A model generated the notes under the pieces. That model was not told where the DNA came from. It ran no database searches and saw only the letters and a program-made list of their open reading frames with translations. Positions 11,609 to 24,036 of a stretch of 64,000 bases of DNA are shown here, in pieces. Numbering within the stretch: the first letter of the stretch is position 1; the number at the start of each line of letters is the position of its first letter. Source of the DNA: Ascidiella aspersa (taxonomy: Eukaryota); contig OZ004610.1 of the NCBI GenBank assembly GCA_963924565.1, positions 25,172,001 through 25,236,000 on the forward strand, given 5' to 3'. The translations under genes and the position numbers were made by a program.

Positions 11609-14081
11609 TTATCGTTTATTAGAAGGTGTGTTAACCGGATCCGACCATGTTATGAATGAGAAGAGAGCTTTGTAGCATAACGCTGCGATGCCCAGCTGAG
11701 TGATGAGATGATACACTCTGTTTTCCAGCAGTGAATACCACGCCTCGGTGCAGCATTGTACAAGGCAACCCAGAATCTAAACACGTTTTAACAACAAGCT
11801 TTAAATTGTCTGCTTTTACATAAGAAAGACCAAGGTAAGAAAAAAGATTTTAAATAACTAGCAAAATTTATAATTGTATGGAGGAGTGCAGGGGAGCAAT
11901 ATGCAATTAAATCAGATTAATCGCAAATAAAATTCATATCATTGTTTAAATTGAAAAAAAAATACTTCAAAGTTAAAGGATACGTGACGCATTAGGCACA
12001 TAAGATTTACATATTGCTTGATATAATGGCATTTATAGTCTAATTTTTTTCGGGTTTAGGAGGCTTCCTTAATTTCCTTCAATTTTGGAAAAAGCTTGAT
12101 TAGAACTATTCTTGATACTTAACCATGTGAACAGTGCAGTCGGCGGCCCATAGGTTGAGAAACACTGATGTTAGCATTGACAATCACAGGCCGGATAACA
12201 AAACCTTTTTTGTCATTATTTACGTGATTAAACAAAGGAAGCGTGAAACAGTATTCAACAAAATACAGTGTGTATAGAAAGCATTAAAATGGCGCTTAGT
12301 TAACATTTTTTTCAAAATTTAGATTATATTTGCACCCGACAAACCTTTCCGATAATATTCTATTATTATTAACCGTTTTTTCAAACACGTTGCAGGCGGA
12401 AACAATCAACCTCGCGCTTTATAGTTTTGAGACCAATTTCTGAAATATTCACCTTTAAAACCGGTATAAAAGTACGCAGGGTTTTATGTGACAGGCCAGG
12501 CAGACATCCTCAAATCAGTGTGGGTAAGCGAGGCGAAAAGATTTACGGCACAAGACATTAATAAGTTATATGGCGCTCTTTTCTTAAAGTCGTCGTAAAC
12601 TAATGTCACCTTCTCTATGTATCCAATGTGCAGCGCTGCCGCTGTGTAGATTCCGACTCCCTACAAAACGCAACTTCTGCCAACTTATCTATTTAACGCA
12701 TTTTTTCTCTACGCGCAAATGTATAGTCGTATTTGCAAAAAAGAACGTGAGTACTTTGAAAACAATATAACCGCACACAGTATACTTATTTTCAAACTTT
12801 TACGTGATTTCGGTGCAGCCTTTCAGTTGTGGTTGGAATAGTGCTATAGTCTTTTTATGTGCCCAATGCGTCTAGTCTCCGTTTAAGAAAGCTTTGCAAA
12901 CTGAAACCAAATAAACGCATTGGTTTCGCGCTTTGCTCTAGTCACGTAACTTTGTTGCACAATTGCAAAAGCAAAAGTTGTAACGCTCAAAGGTAATATT
13001 GGCAAAAATCGCTTTAGCGTTGACATGTTTGGTCAAGTTTACTTGTCAACGCTAAATCGATTTTTACCTAATAACTTTTTCAAGGGGGAAATCACTGCAT
13101 TGGAAAGCTAATCAGTTATCATGAATAAAATACTTTGGGATCCGGTCGGCGCCGATACTGCCCTAGTATCGGACAAATACCGACACTATCACTTGACATC
13201 CGGTATCGACTCGATCCAAAATTATTGGAAATCCCCTATTGGCGGCCGTGAGAAAAATATAAATGTTTATGCGGCCGTCAATAGCTAGAAGGTTATACAC
13301 CCCTGGTCCCCTGGGCTAAATAAATAGGCTTTTTGCATTAAAAACTTAAAAAAAACTTAGTTCAAGGGTGTGGGGGGGGTGTCATTTGGGAGCAAGGTTA
13401 CTCACGTGACCAAAATGCATTTACCAAAACATCATAATTGGGTCTCTAGAGAAGTATTTACAACTGGGTAACCGACTACGATTGATAAACATAATGGTCG
13501 GTCGACAAAAACAGTCAATAAGGACCAACCTACTGTTTGAACGAGCATAAAAAAACTACAAAAGTTCTTAACAATTCATGTATGCCGTTCTATGTGTTTT
13601 TATATAAGGTAACTAATTAGTAGAGGCAGCGACAGAAATAAGTGTTTCTAAATTACAATGAACTAAGTTTTAGGGAAAATCAAAAAACCATCGCTTTCGC
13701 ATAATTTCTGTCGAGAAAAAGCATAATTTCTGTCGAAAAAATAGATGCATATCACCCTGTAAGGCTGTAACTGATCAATGTATTACACTCAGCAGTCCTT
13801 AAGGGCCAATGTCTACTCGCGTTGAGCGATTCAAATAAAGTTGAGTAAAATGGAGAATCAAGGAAATAACAAATATTCGTTTATCCCAAACATTCAATTT
13901 ATCAACACACTATTACCAATTAGCCCACTTAAAACCTGTAAATGTAAACTAAATTAAAGCTTTGCTTGAAATTATTTACCTTTTATATACAATGCCAACG
14001 ACTTACCGAAATGTCCAAAAGAATATTAAAAACTAGATCAAAGTTTTTACGCAAACCAATGTCATCGTCTTGTCCATCCAT
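11609..14081 (-). other. Candidate small spliced transcript (exons 14123-14051, 12660-12610, 11776-~11609); coding status unknown
   Basis: Three relatively GC-rich islands with canonical AG/GT ends; two different frames stay open across all junctions; AATAAA at 11620-11615. No recognisable homology. Confidence 0.35.
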
Positions 14082-16699
14082 AGTCCATGGGATGGATTAC
14101 TTTCCAAATGCAAATATTAGTTCCTGCTTAGTAGCTTATTCATCATAGTATTACCTGCAATAACTTATTATTTATTATGTAACATTATTACGTAACAATG
14201 TAATTTATCCTACAACTGTAGAACTCCAAAACTAGCAAAACATAGTAATTGTGCTTAAAAGCAGGGTTACCATGTTTATCTATCTAAAATCAGCCGCTTC
14301 TAAACTGATCCAGCATATTTTCTTTGTGATCACAAAAATACTTCATAGCGTGACGTCATAACATAAAGAGGTATTTTAGTTTTCAGTTAAGTTGTCGCGC
14401 GAAGGTGTAATTAGAAATTGGACCAAATTTGTTTCGGCACTTTGTTCGTACAGACAACTCACATCTCGGTTGTCTTGATTAAATTTACACTGAAATTACC
14501 CTACTAAAACACACAATAAGACGTATAAAGCTACAATAGCTAAATTAACTACATCGGAATTATCTATTATTTTACAGGAAGTATAAAACTTTTTTGAATT
14601 CTTATCGTGATGAACACAATACCTCGTACTAGCATACCAATTAAGGCTAAAGCGCAAGCAATCCAAAATTGCAATTTTGCTAACAGTAAACATCCAGACT
14701 TACTAGAAATTTTTCCTGATTTAAACCCAATAAGCGCATTTTTCAGGCTAAACGAGATTAGACTGTATTTAAGCTGCATATTTTTGCACGAGACTGTAAA
14801 AGAACAACATGTCTTTTCAAGAATGTTTGTTTTATGACGTCACATTATGACATAACTTGATGTCATCTGTAAAAAAATTCAACTGGCGGCCGTGAGAAAT
14901 AAAGATTGTCAATGCGGCCGACAGCAGCTAAAAGGTTGTTGTTGTGCACCCCTGCCTTAGATCAGGGGTCGGCAAACTTCGTTGTCGAGACACAAATATT
15001 ACTCTTTCAAGATTTATTAAAGTCCATACGTCTCTTCGACAACAGGGGCGGATTTATGATTTTTGCCTGGAATGGGGTACGGGGGACTATGATTTTTTTT
15101 AGAATGACATCACAAGGTTCACAAGGTTACGTTATACCGTGACGTTACATTACAATTGATCTTATAAACACTTCTTGTTCTCGTGCGTAACGCGAAGTCT
15201 AATCGACCGTATAGCGCTTAAAAACTGCGTTTATTTGTTTTCAATAGGCAAAACTTCAATTAAAAGGATGCGTGACGGATGAGACACATAAACGAGTTTC
15301 GACAAGTGTTGGAAATGACGGTAATAATTTAACAGAAATTTCTAAACTATATAGTTTTTGAGTCACATGGCTAAACATGGCAGTATGTATAACGCCTTTG
15401 GGCTGAATATATTTCAGTAGAACATATATTAGCTCTTGCGAAACGCAAAAAAATGTATTTACATAGTTAAACTTGGAGACGGGAATGTGAGCATTTTTTG
15501 CACAAAAATATGAAAATGTGAGCACATTTTTCCTTTTCACATTTTGACATAGTAAATGCGGGCACAATTTGATGCCGCAACTGTTTTCCTCTTACTCTTG
15601 ATCACTTAACTCTACTCCTCCAACTCTTCTCTAATTCTTCTCCTCTAACTCTTCTCCTCTAAATCTTTTTCTCTAAATAAACTCTTGTCACAAAACTGTG
15701 CGCACATTTTAAAAAAAGTTCGCACCTTTTTTTGCACATTTTTGCGCACATTGTGCAAAACTACCCAACGTCCCTATTGTAAACTTGGCTAAAAGTACAG
15801 GTGAGACCATGACCTGGTAACCTAGTGATGTAACAAGGAGCCAATTTAAAACTGTTAGCTACAACAAGTTTCAAAACACAGTACAATATATGTACGGCTG
15901 TCACACGGCACACTAAAAATTGCTGCAAGGTCTACATTTGGGCCACGTCTCACAGCCGACCACTAACTTAGATTTTTTTGTGTTTCATAAAACATTTACT
16001 AATTAGACCATTTATTGAAATTTTGATTTTATACCTCGGTACTTAATTTTCCATTAACGGAAATCTTTAATTTATGAAATTGTTAAAATATTTATCCTCG
16101 ATAATTAATCTGTCACCAATTTAGATTATACCATATTTTGTACAGTAATCCAAAAATAAATCGACTATCTAAACGGAACTGTATAATCCAACATCTAGAA
16201 TCCCTAGATAGATTAATATAATCTAAAATGGCAACTTATTTAATCGACCAAAAAAATGTAGACTAGTGATTCTGTGGTTCCCAACCAGGCCCCTTTAGGA
16301 TTCCGTACGAAGGTTCTATAGGTTCACGAGTACACCGGAAACTGACAAATTTCGTTTAAAAATATTTGAAGTTACTAAAACAAAATAAGCAATAATTTAT
16401 GGTGGTCCGTAAGCGTAATATAGATTTAAAAGGCGTCCGTAACTAAAATTGGTTGGGCCACTGCCCAAGATTACACGCTATGGCGACGTAAAAACTATTT
16501 ATACACATCGCAAGGACATAAAACGCACATTAAGTATCACTCCTCATTAAGTTGGCAAAACAGACCAATCACAGCAAACTTATATTAGGCCAATGTATAG
16601 AAAATGCGCCTTTTATTATAATGTTGGCTAATTAAAAAGCGTGACATTTTTGTTGACTAATCGGAATTAGTGTCAAGCCCTAAAATCGGAACTGTCCCG

Positions 16700-16958
16700 C
16701 AGAGGCGTAGCCAGGGTATTTTGCGCCCGGGGGCAAACTATAAAATTCACACCCCCTTCTCCGTGTTTGATCACGTTTTCTCCAACAATAACATAATTTT
16801 CCTTACTTTATACGAAAAACGATTCAAATTTTAATACAACATTGTATTTAAAGAAGAATCAGTCTCGTTTTGGCTTTTGAAAGCCTCATTTTGGCGCCCC
16901 TGCACCTTGGCGCCCGGGGACATATGTACCCCACCGCACCCCCCTAGCTACGCCTCTG
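16700..16958. mobile_element. hAT-type MITE
   Basis: TIRs CAGAGGCGTAGC / GCTACGCCTCTG; perfect 8-bp TSD CTGTCCCG. Confidence 0.88.
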
Positions 16959-17439
16959 CTGTCCCGCCTAAATCGGTAAGTGTGGTTAAAGTATAAAATA
17001 ATTGACTTGCAATACCTCTGATATATGAGATGGTCTCGCGGCACACCGTGACGGAGCGCTGTATGTTAATTAAAGCCTATGCGCACGTCTGCTGTAATAA
17101 ATGCGTTGAAGCAAATCCAAATGACTCGACCCAAGCTCAGGATGCCTATTATAATCGACTCGACTCGTGCTTGAACAACTGTTTCGCTTCTATATAGAAT
17201 TATTAAATAACAGCAATCGCCAAACTATAAAAATCAGCAAAATATGGTTCTTTTATTCCATTTTGAAAATATTCAACGTTTGTATGAATATCTACACTGT
17301 AAGTTATACGGAAGCGTGTTCCACGATAATTATGCTTTGACGTAGTTAAAATATGCAAAAAACGCTGTTTGGGGGCATGGCACGCGAAAAAAAAATATTA
17401 AAACACACAAATTTTCGACAACATTTTGACCTATTAGTA

Positions 17440-18248
17440 CAGTGATTCTTAACCTTTTTTTAGCCGCGCCCCCTTTGGTAATTTTCCTATGCCTCGCGCG
17501 CCCTACAAAAAGCCGTTCGAAATTTTTTAATTCAATATTACTGAGACAACATAGTGAAGCGTATTGTTGGTCGCGCAAAAACAATTGAGTTTCATTTGGT
17601 TGAAATGGCTAAACTGTAATTTAGGAGACTTTTTCGCATTGGGCTTACAACACATTGCTCGTGCTCGACACAATAATTTTTATCGAGCTGATTTTGACAC
17701 ACGTATTGCGAGGGCATATACTTCACAGTTGTACAGCTGCGATGTCGAGCGCAAATAAAAATGTCAAGCGCAAAAATTAAGCATTGCGTTATCGTGTTTT
17801 GAAATATGTGACGACACACAATACAACGGCAATGTTGCAAAACCATTATAGATTCGCGCAAAAAAGTTCGAGTCCCCTGTTGCTAGCCTGTTATCATTTA
17901 TCAAACATGGATAAAAAATAATTCGAAAGGGGGATAACTTTTATCGTTTAAGTTAGCAAAAATGTTGTTAAATAGGGCCGTTATACGTGATATGAAAACA
18001 GCTAATGGCACTCAAAGAGACTTTTGTGTTAAAAAATTAAACAACTGTATTGAAGGAAAGATTCGCGCGAATTTTTAGTTTCAGTGTTAAAGTTGGCAAA
18101 AAACAGAGTTTGTACAGCTGCAGGAGTGGTGCCCAACCCAAAGAAACAAATAAATTACTGAAAAAAATTAAATAATGAAGAAGAGCTCGCGCCCCCATAA
18201 GAATTGCTTGGCGCCCCCCTAGGCGCGCCCCCCGGTTAAGAACCGCTG
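17440..18248. mobile_element. Non-autonomous hAT element
   Basis: TIRs CAGTGATTCTTAACC / GGTTAAGAACCGCTG; perfect 8-bp TSD TATTAGTA. Confidence 0.88.
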
Positions 18249-18272
18249 TATTAGTAATATATTGGTTTAAAC

Positions 18273-19381
18273 CAGTGGTCAAACGCCGGTCCGCGGACCG
18301 GTACCGGTCCGCGAGGAGTTGGCTACCGGTCCGTAGCAGGGTTGTCAGATTTAAATTTTGTTTAAACACGAACAGAACGTAAAACCTAAAAACGTATTTA
18401 AAACACATTTAACTTCGTTCTAATAACCTACTACTCCATGGTTGTTTGGTATGATAAAAAATGCAAATTAGTTTACAGCTCTCGTGAGGTTCAAAACAAC
18501 TAATGTTTCCTGGCCATATGCGTTACATAGATCGTTCACAACATCCATAATGCAAATTTTTATTGCAAAATCTACTTCTAGTACTTACAATATATCGAAA
18601 AATGGGCTAAAATATCATGTGATTTAATTTTAAGCGTGCTCACCTTAAAGTACAATAGAATTTCATGCAAAGAATGTTTATAAACTATGCCCCATATTGA
18701 AATAATTTATTATTTTGATATTTAGGCAGGAAAGTTTTCGAAAAAACGTATGTATATTAATTAGTTTTAGCCTCTACAGTTGTAATGTAGACTCTATAAA
18801 ATGACAAAAATGTCAAAAGCCTAAAGATTTTTCTGACATCATTCTGGCAAGCCTTGTACGTATGTCTATCCCATACTTTTCAGGTGTCGGTCTGTGGTTC
18901 CTACGTTTTCCATTATTTTTTTTGTTATTACAATACATAGGCTAACTACCAAAAGTGTCTTGTAGGGCCTGGTCAAAAATGGGATCATACATTATTATAT
19001 GTTATACAAAAGTGTGACTTCTTTTGAAAGAATGCTTTAAATATCCTTATTTTGACAAGCTGGTAAGAATATAGGAATTGGCAATAATGGTATACAAGTG
19101 TATTTTTAAAAAAAACGTGAAGGCCTAAAAGTTTTATTGAAATGAGCCGCGGTCTGCGGGTTAAACTAAATTGTTTGGCTGGCCGAATGCCGCCCTCTGG
19201 TGTCAGTAAGTTCAATAATTCCTAGATGGGAGAACCTCTTTGCGGCAAAACAAGCATAACGTTTGCATTAAAAGTTGCAATAAATTTCCTTTTCTGAACA
19301 TTTGTTGTTTTTTAAGGCCGGTCCGCGACAAAATTTTAGTTTTAAACCGGTCCGCAGTGCAAAAAAGGTTGCCGACCCCTG
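18273..19381. mobile_element. Non-autonomous hAT element with GGTCCGC subterminal motifs
   Basis: Starts CAGTGGTC, ends GGTTGCCGACCCCTG; perfect 8-bp TSD GTTTAAAC; GGTCCGC repeated near both ends. Confidence 0.82.
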
Positions 19382-21221
19382 GTTTAAACAACACATTGTT
19401 AATGCGATAAAGGCTCGCGTATACAATATATTGCCCTAAAGAAGATATAAAACAGCCAAAATATTCTTGGTTGTAACTCAAAACTAAATTTGATACAATG
19501 TTACCTCAACGACAATTTTAAAAATATCACTACAGTTTTTGCTAATTTTGTAAACGATTTTTGTGCATTTTGTATTTGATTTTGACCAGCAAAAACATTT
19601 TTCGTACTATGACTAGCGTGGCGCTCGTTATGCAGTTTTAGCAACACTTTTAAATTTAAATAGAAATTTTAAATTACATGGTACGGTAACTTGAATAATA
19701 ACTTGTTGCTGCATCGTTTTCCCCAAATAATACTATCTTTGGCTATTAATTCATAGATTGAGGCGATTTGATTTCAGTCAAGAAAATAAGTATTCGCGTA
19801 TTATTAAGAACCAATAAAGATAACAAAGCCAAAGCATACATTTTCATGGGAACACACAATAATACCCAAAAAGCGGAAAAATCTACAAAAAGTATGAAGA
19901 CCAACGACATAATACAGCCAAATACGCAATAATATGCAGTACAAAATAAGATAGAAATCGTCTAAATGAGGCCTAAATCTGCAGAATACGTCCTAAATTA
20001 TTCCGAATAAGGTCAACATGGCCAAAATAACGCCTAAAACTGTAGCTAGGTAGAGGGACAGACGGCATTGGACGATCGGGGGCCGTCGGTATTGCATTAG
20101 CCGTTTTGGTGACGACGTTTGAACGCCCTAGTTTGACCGACGCCGTTAGGTTGCCGGCATCGGATTTTTAATTCTGTTTGGGGTTATTGTTGGGTAATGG
20201 GTGTGTTTAGAAAATGGGTTCGGGTTAAAATTAGGGGAGTTAGTGATGTATTTAACGATGGGGTTTGGAGTTGGGTAAAAAATTTTATATGTCTGATTCT
20301 GACCATTTAGGTTTGTTCAGACGGATTTGGTACCTATTTCGATTTAGACGGTGCTACAACCATTAGGCATTAGTCCTATTTGGGTGCTATTCCGACCTGA
20401 GTTTTATTCCGACTTTAATGTTGTTCTTATATCAGTCTTATGGCTGGAGCCCATTTTTGTGGTATTAAAATGATTTGATAGAAATACCTATACTGGAAGA
20501 ATTACATTTAACTGGTTTTAACTAGTGCCCTATCGGAAATATCTGATAAAAATGTATTATAATCTAAATTTTTTTATGTTTTTTTTTCAGTCACTGAATA
20601 GTTACTTGGAGATCAGTTGTTCGCTATCTAATAATATTAGTTTTTAAACAGATCAAGATTTGATTTTTTTATAAATAGTGAAAAAGCACGTTATAATTAC
20701 ACACTATGGTTGAGTAACTTAGTAAACTAAGTGGTCTACGAACTCGAATATTGTCTATAAGTTTAAAAAGTGTGCAATCGGCATTTAGGATTACATTTTA
20801 AGGGACTATACATAACAGTAAGTAACAATAATCTAATTTGACTTCATGTTGTAATAGGGATGGATAAAATTCACACAATTTGGCCATTAGGTCTTTTATG
20901 TATTTTGTATAGCACTTATAACTAATTTTTTTGGCGGCTAATTAATTTATTCAAATATATTATTAAAAACTGATATTGTTGCAATATGAGAAAAAACAGA
21001 TAAAAGTACAATTTGACTGTTATTTAAGTTACAAGTCAAAGTTCATAAACGACATTATGAGGTCATGAATGCCATCAACCAATGATACCAAAAAATGGAA
21101 AAAAGTTATATTTCCTTTGGGAAATGCGATAGAGAAAGGAAAGCAATTTCGTGGAAATATTATACATTTCCCGTTAAAGTGTTATATTCTAACATTGCGG
21201 TTTTTACCATTTTGCATTAAA

Positions 21222-24036
21222 ATGGGTTTTTGGAGTGATTGCGGAGATATGATTGATTTGCGGAATTCTGTCCGCAGAAATGGGTGGAGTGACACTAGAT
21301 TTCAACAGGTAAGTAATAAATATGGATTACTTGCAGTGTTGTAATGACTTAAGTCAATGACTTGACTTAAGTGCACTTAAGTCACTGTTTTTAAATGACT
21401 TGACTTGACTTAAGTCTTTTGGACAAATGACTTGGGTTAAAATAAATTGTTTTAATTAAGCAATTATTTACAAAACTGCGTTATTTATACCAATCTTTGC
21501 ACATAAAAGAGTTTGCTTGTAATATGCTGCTTTTGTGTTATTTTTGACTTGAGTTTCTCATAATCATCGGAGGAGTTTTCCGGTTTTCATAATTTAAAGT
21601 TTTATTTTTTTGACAAGGGCTGGACTTGAAGTTGACTTGCTCTAATTATGACTTGACTGGGACTTGACTTGTTATTTATTCAAAAAGACTTGACTTGGAC
21701 TTAAGTTATTTTACGAATGACTTGACTGGGACTTAAGTTATTTCAAAATGACTTGTTTACAACACTGATTACTTGAGAGGTAGCATAGCCAATAATTATA
21801 GACTACAGATATATTTAGATTTACAATACAAATGTAGACTATATTCAAAGCCAGTTAATATAATAATTAATCTATAAATATCTTGTTCTGTAAAAAGTTG
21901 TATTAGGCTACGTTATTCAAGGAAATTTTTGTATAGCGCAATATTGCTGGTGCTTTTTGTAGGTGTTTTGTTGAATGTACATGATATTTAATGTTGTGAC
22001 GCTATATTTTGTTAATCGTAAACATTTCATGAAAATTTCACGTTTTCGGAAGCATCAGTGCGCAGTAAGATTCCAAACAATTGCTCAGATAAATGAAGAG
22101 TTTCAGTTATCTTTATTGCTTTACTTAGTAGTTGGTTAAAAAAATTCGTCCAATAAAATTTAAAATATTCCTCTTTAGATTGCTAGCGTCGTCATTGGTG
22201 CGTACATCACCTTGTTAGTGATCGTGGCGTCATCGGACCCAACTTTTGACTGTTTAAAGCAAATGATTTACAAAAGCGATCGAGATATTCCCCAGTTTGT
22301 CCGATCGGCGGCTCATCGACATGTGGTGTCTGGAGGTTACTGTTTCGTTTGCCAAGCATTTGTGTAAGTAATAGAAGTAACACCGTTATGTTGCCTGGAT
22401 TTTTGATTAAAAGTTACACTCTATTTCTTGAACCTACACTCTATTTCTTGAACAATTATATTTTGCTTTGGAACAATATTTTCCTAGACACAATGCAAAA
22501 CATTGCAATAACTGCAACAAGTGTATCCCTGGATTCGACCACCATTGCCCCTGGATCAATAACTGCATCGGTCGTCATAATCACAAGTAAATCGAAATGT
22601 ATATAGAATTAGTTTATAAAACACTTCCAAAAAACGAAAAGGGGAATGTTGAAACTTAAATATACGAAGCACCTGTTTAAATTTAGGGGGGTTTACTAAC
22701 AAAACAAAAAAACGCACTAGCCTATATAGTTTTAATAAACAATGTAGCATATTCTTATTTTCAATGTTGATTTGTATCATATTTTTTTAAGGACCTTCTA
22801 TGGCCTAATGATTTTATGGCTAACCGCCAAAATTTTAATGCTTCCATCTTGTATCTTTGTCTTCATCAACAGTTTTCTTAAAAAGAACATACTGGCATCA
22901 GGTAAAAACTAAGTAAAATACTGATATAGCCTCCGTTCGATGTAAAATATTTTTTGCAACTATAGTTCAAAATTGTTTTTTGATGATTAGTAAAGATTTT
23001 AATACATATCAACAGATTTCTATTGGATGACCTTTGAAAGATGTCTCACTGTACAAATCATATTGGGATTCAAGATCGCCTTTCTCTTGTTGGTAACTGG
23101 TTACCTCGTATGCATTGTCAAGTTCCATAGATTTTTACGTAAGTTTTTGTTTTGTTCGGCCGATAAAAATACTGTTTTGCATATTCTAAAAATGTTATGT
23201 TTTTATTTGGCAATGGTTGCTTAATATCCAACAGTTAAAAGTAATATCCATTTCGACAAGCGCAAAAATCAGAATATGCAATTCGGCAAGCGCCATTTGC
23301 GCTTTCGTTTTGCTTAAACCGTATCTTAAGCAACGCCTAATTTTATTTGTAAAACTGTTTCAGAATATAGTAAAGTGTTCGCAATACGTTTCAAGGTAAA
23401 CTGAATATGTAAACAGAAGATATCTCCTCGCCCCTCGCCCTATATTACTTTTCATGGTTGTTGCAATTTTGTTGTAAAGGTTTGCCAGACAATAAAGATA
23501 TTTACTTTTTCCGTTTAACACTAAGAATATTTAAATCTATTTTATAACGGCACAGGTTAAATAAATTTATTGGTTTTTTTTCAGTCAGGGAAAACCTCAC
23601 CACCTACCGAGTAAACAAGACATTGGGAAATCATGACGAATATGTGGATGACGTTGAAGAGGGTGGTGCAAATCCCCAGCCGGTAACAGACTTAGCCAAG
23701 ATGCGTTTGGTAGGGAGAACCTGCACCACTTACCGAGTAAACAAGACATTGGGAAATCAGGACGAATATGTGGATGACGTTGAAGAGGGTGGTGCAAATC
23801 CCCAGCCGGTAACAGACTTAGCCGAGATGCGTTTGGGAGCGAAAATGTGCTTCCTCTTTATTCTAAAGGCCACCGCCATCAATTATCTGGAACAGCTGAC
23901 CGATCTGACCATTGCTTTCTCAGGTGCTTACATTTCGCTTTTCTGTGTTTATTTATTGGGAATTGTTTCACGCAGAGTATTTGCTTATTGTGAAACCGAC
24001 ATAGAACTATTAAGTGATATTGGATCTGGCAAATAA
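21222..24036 (+). CDS. ZDHHC1: DHHC palmitoyltransferase, ZDHHC1/ZDHHC11-like
   Basis: Exons 21222-21308, 22179-22363, 22488-22586, 22792-22901, 23016-23138, 23585-24036, in frame with GT-AG. Motifs: RRNGWS (ZDHHC1/11 N-terminus), SSDP, YCFVC...[44 protein letters not shown]. Choice between ZDHHC1 and ZDHHC11 and the exact C-terminus are uncertain. Confidence 0.88.
21334..21767. mobile_element. hAT-type MITE with GACTT subterminal arrays, in DHHC intron 1
   Basis: 11-bp TIR CAGTGTTGTAA / TTACAACACTG; perfect 8-bp TSD ATTACTTG; absent from the paralogous site at ~47830. Confidence 0.92.
23587..23836 (+). repeat. 126-bp (42-codon) in-frame tandem duplication in the DHHC last exon
   Basis: [11 protein letters not shown](H/Q)[21 protein letters not shown](K/E)MRL occurs twice; unit starts at 23598 and 23724. 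Confidence 0.95.

Noticed and set aside
15590-15690. CT-rich (ACTCTTCTCCTCTA-like) tract
   Set aside because: Ordinary low-complexity microsatellite-like sequence.
21345-21760. GACTT/GACTTAAGT arrays resembling a CRISPR array or satellite
   Set aside because: No constant repeat-spacer period; bounded by TIRs and an 8-bp TSD, so these are hAT subterminal repeats.
21905-22020. Hydrophobic stretch [18 protein letters not shown] as the missing DHHC TM exon
   Set aside because: No phase-0 AG acceptor places it in frame with exon 1; left out of the model, though cDNA could overturn this.
23365-23395. Possible micro-exon in DHHC intron 5
   Set aside because: Direct splicing 23138 to 23585 already yields the conserved H..L...N.TT motif; including it would disrupt that.
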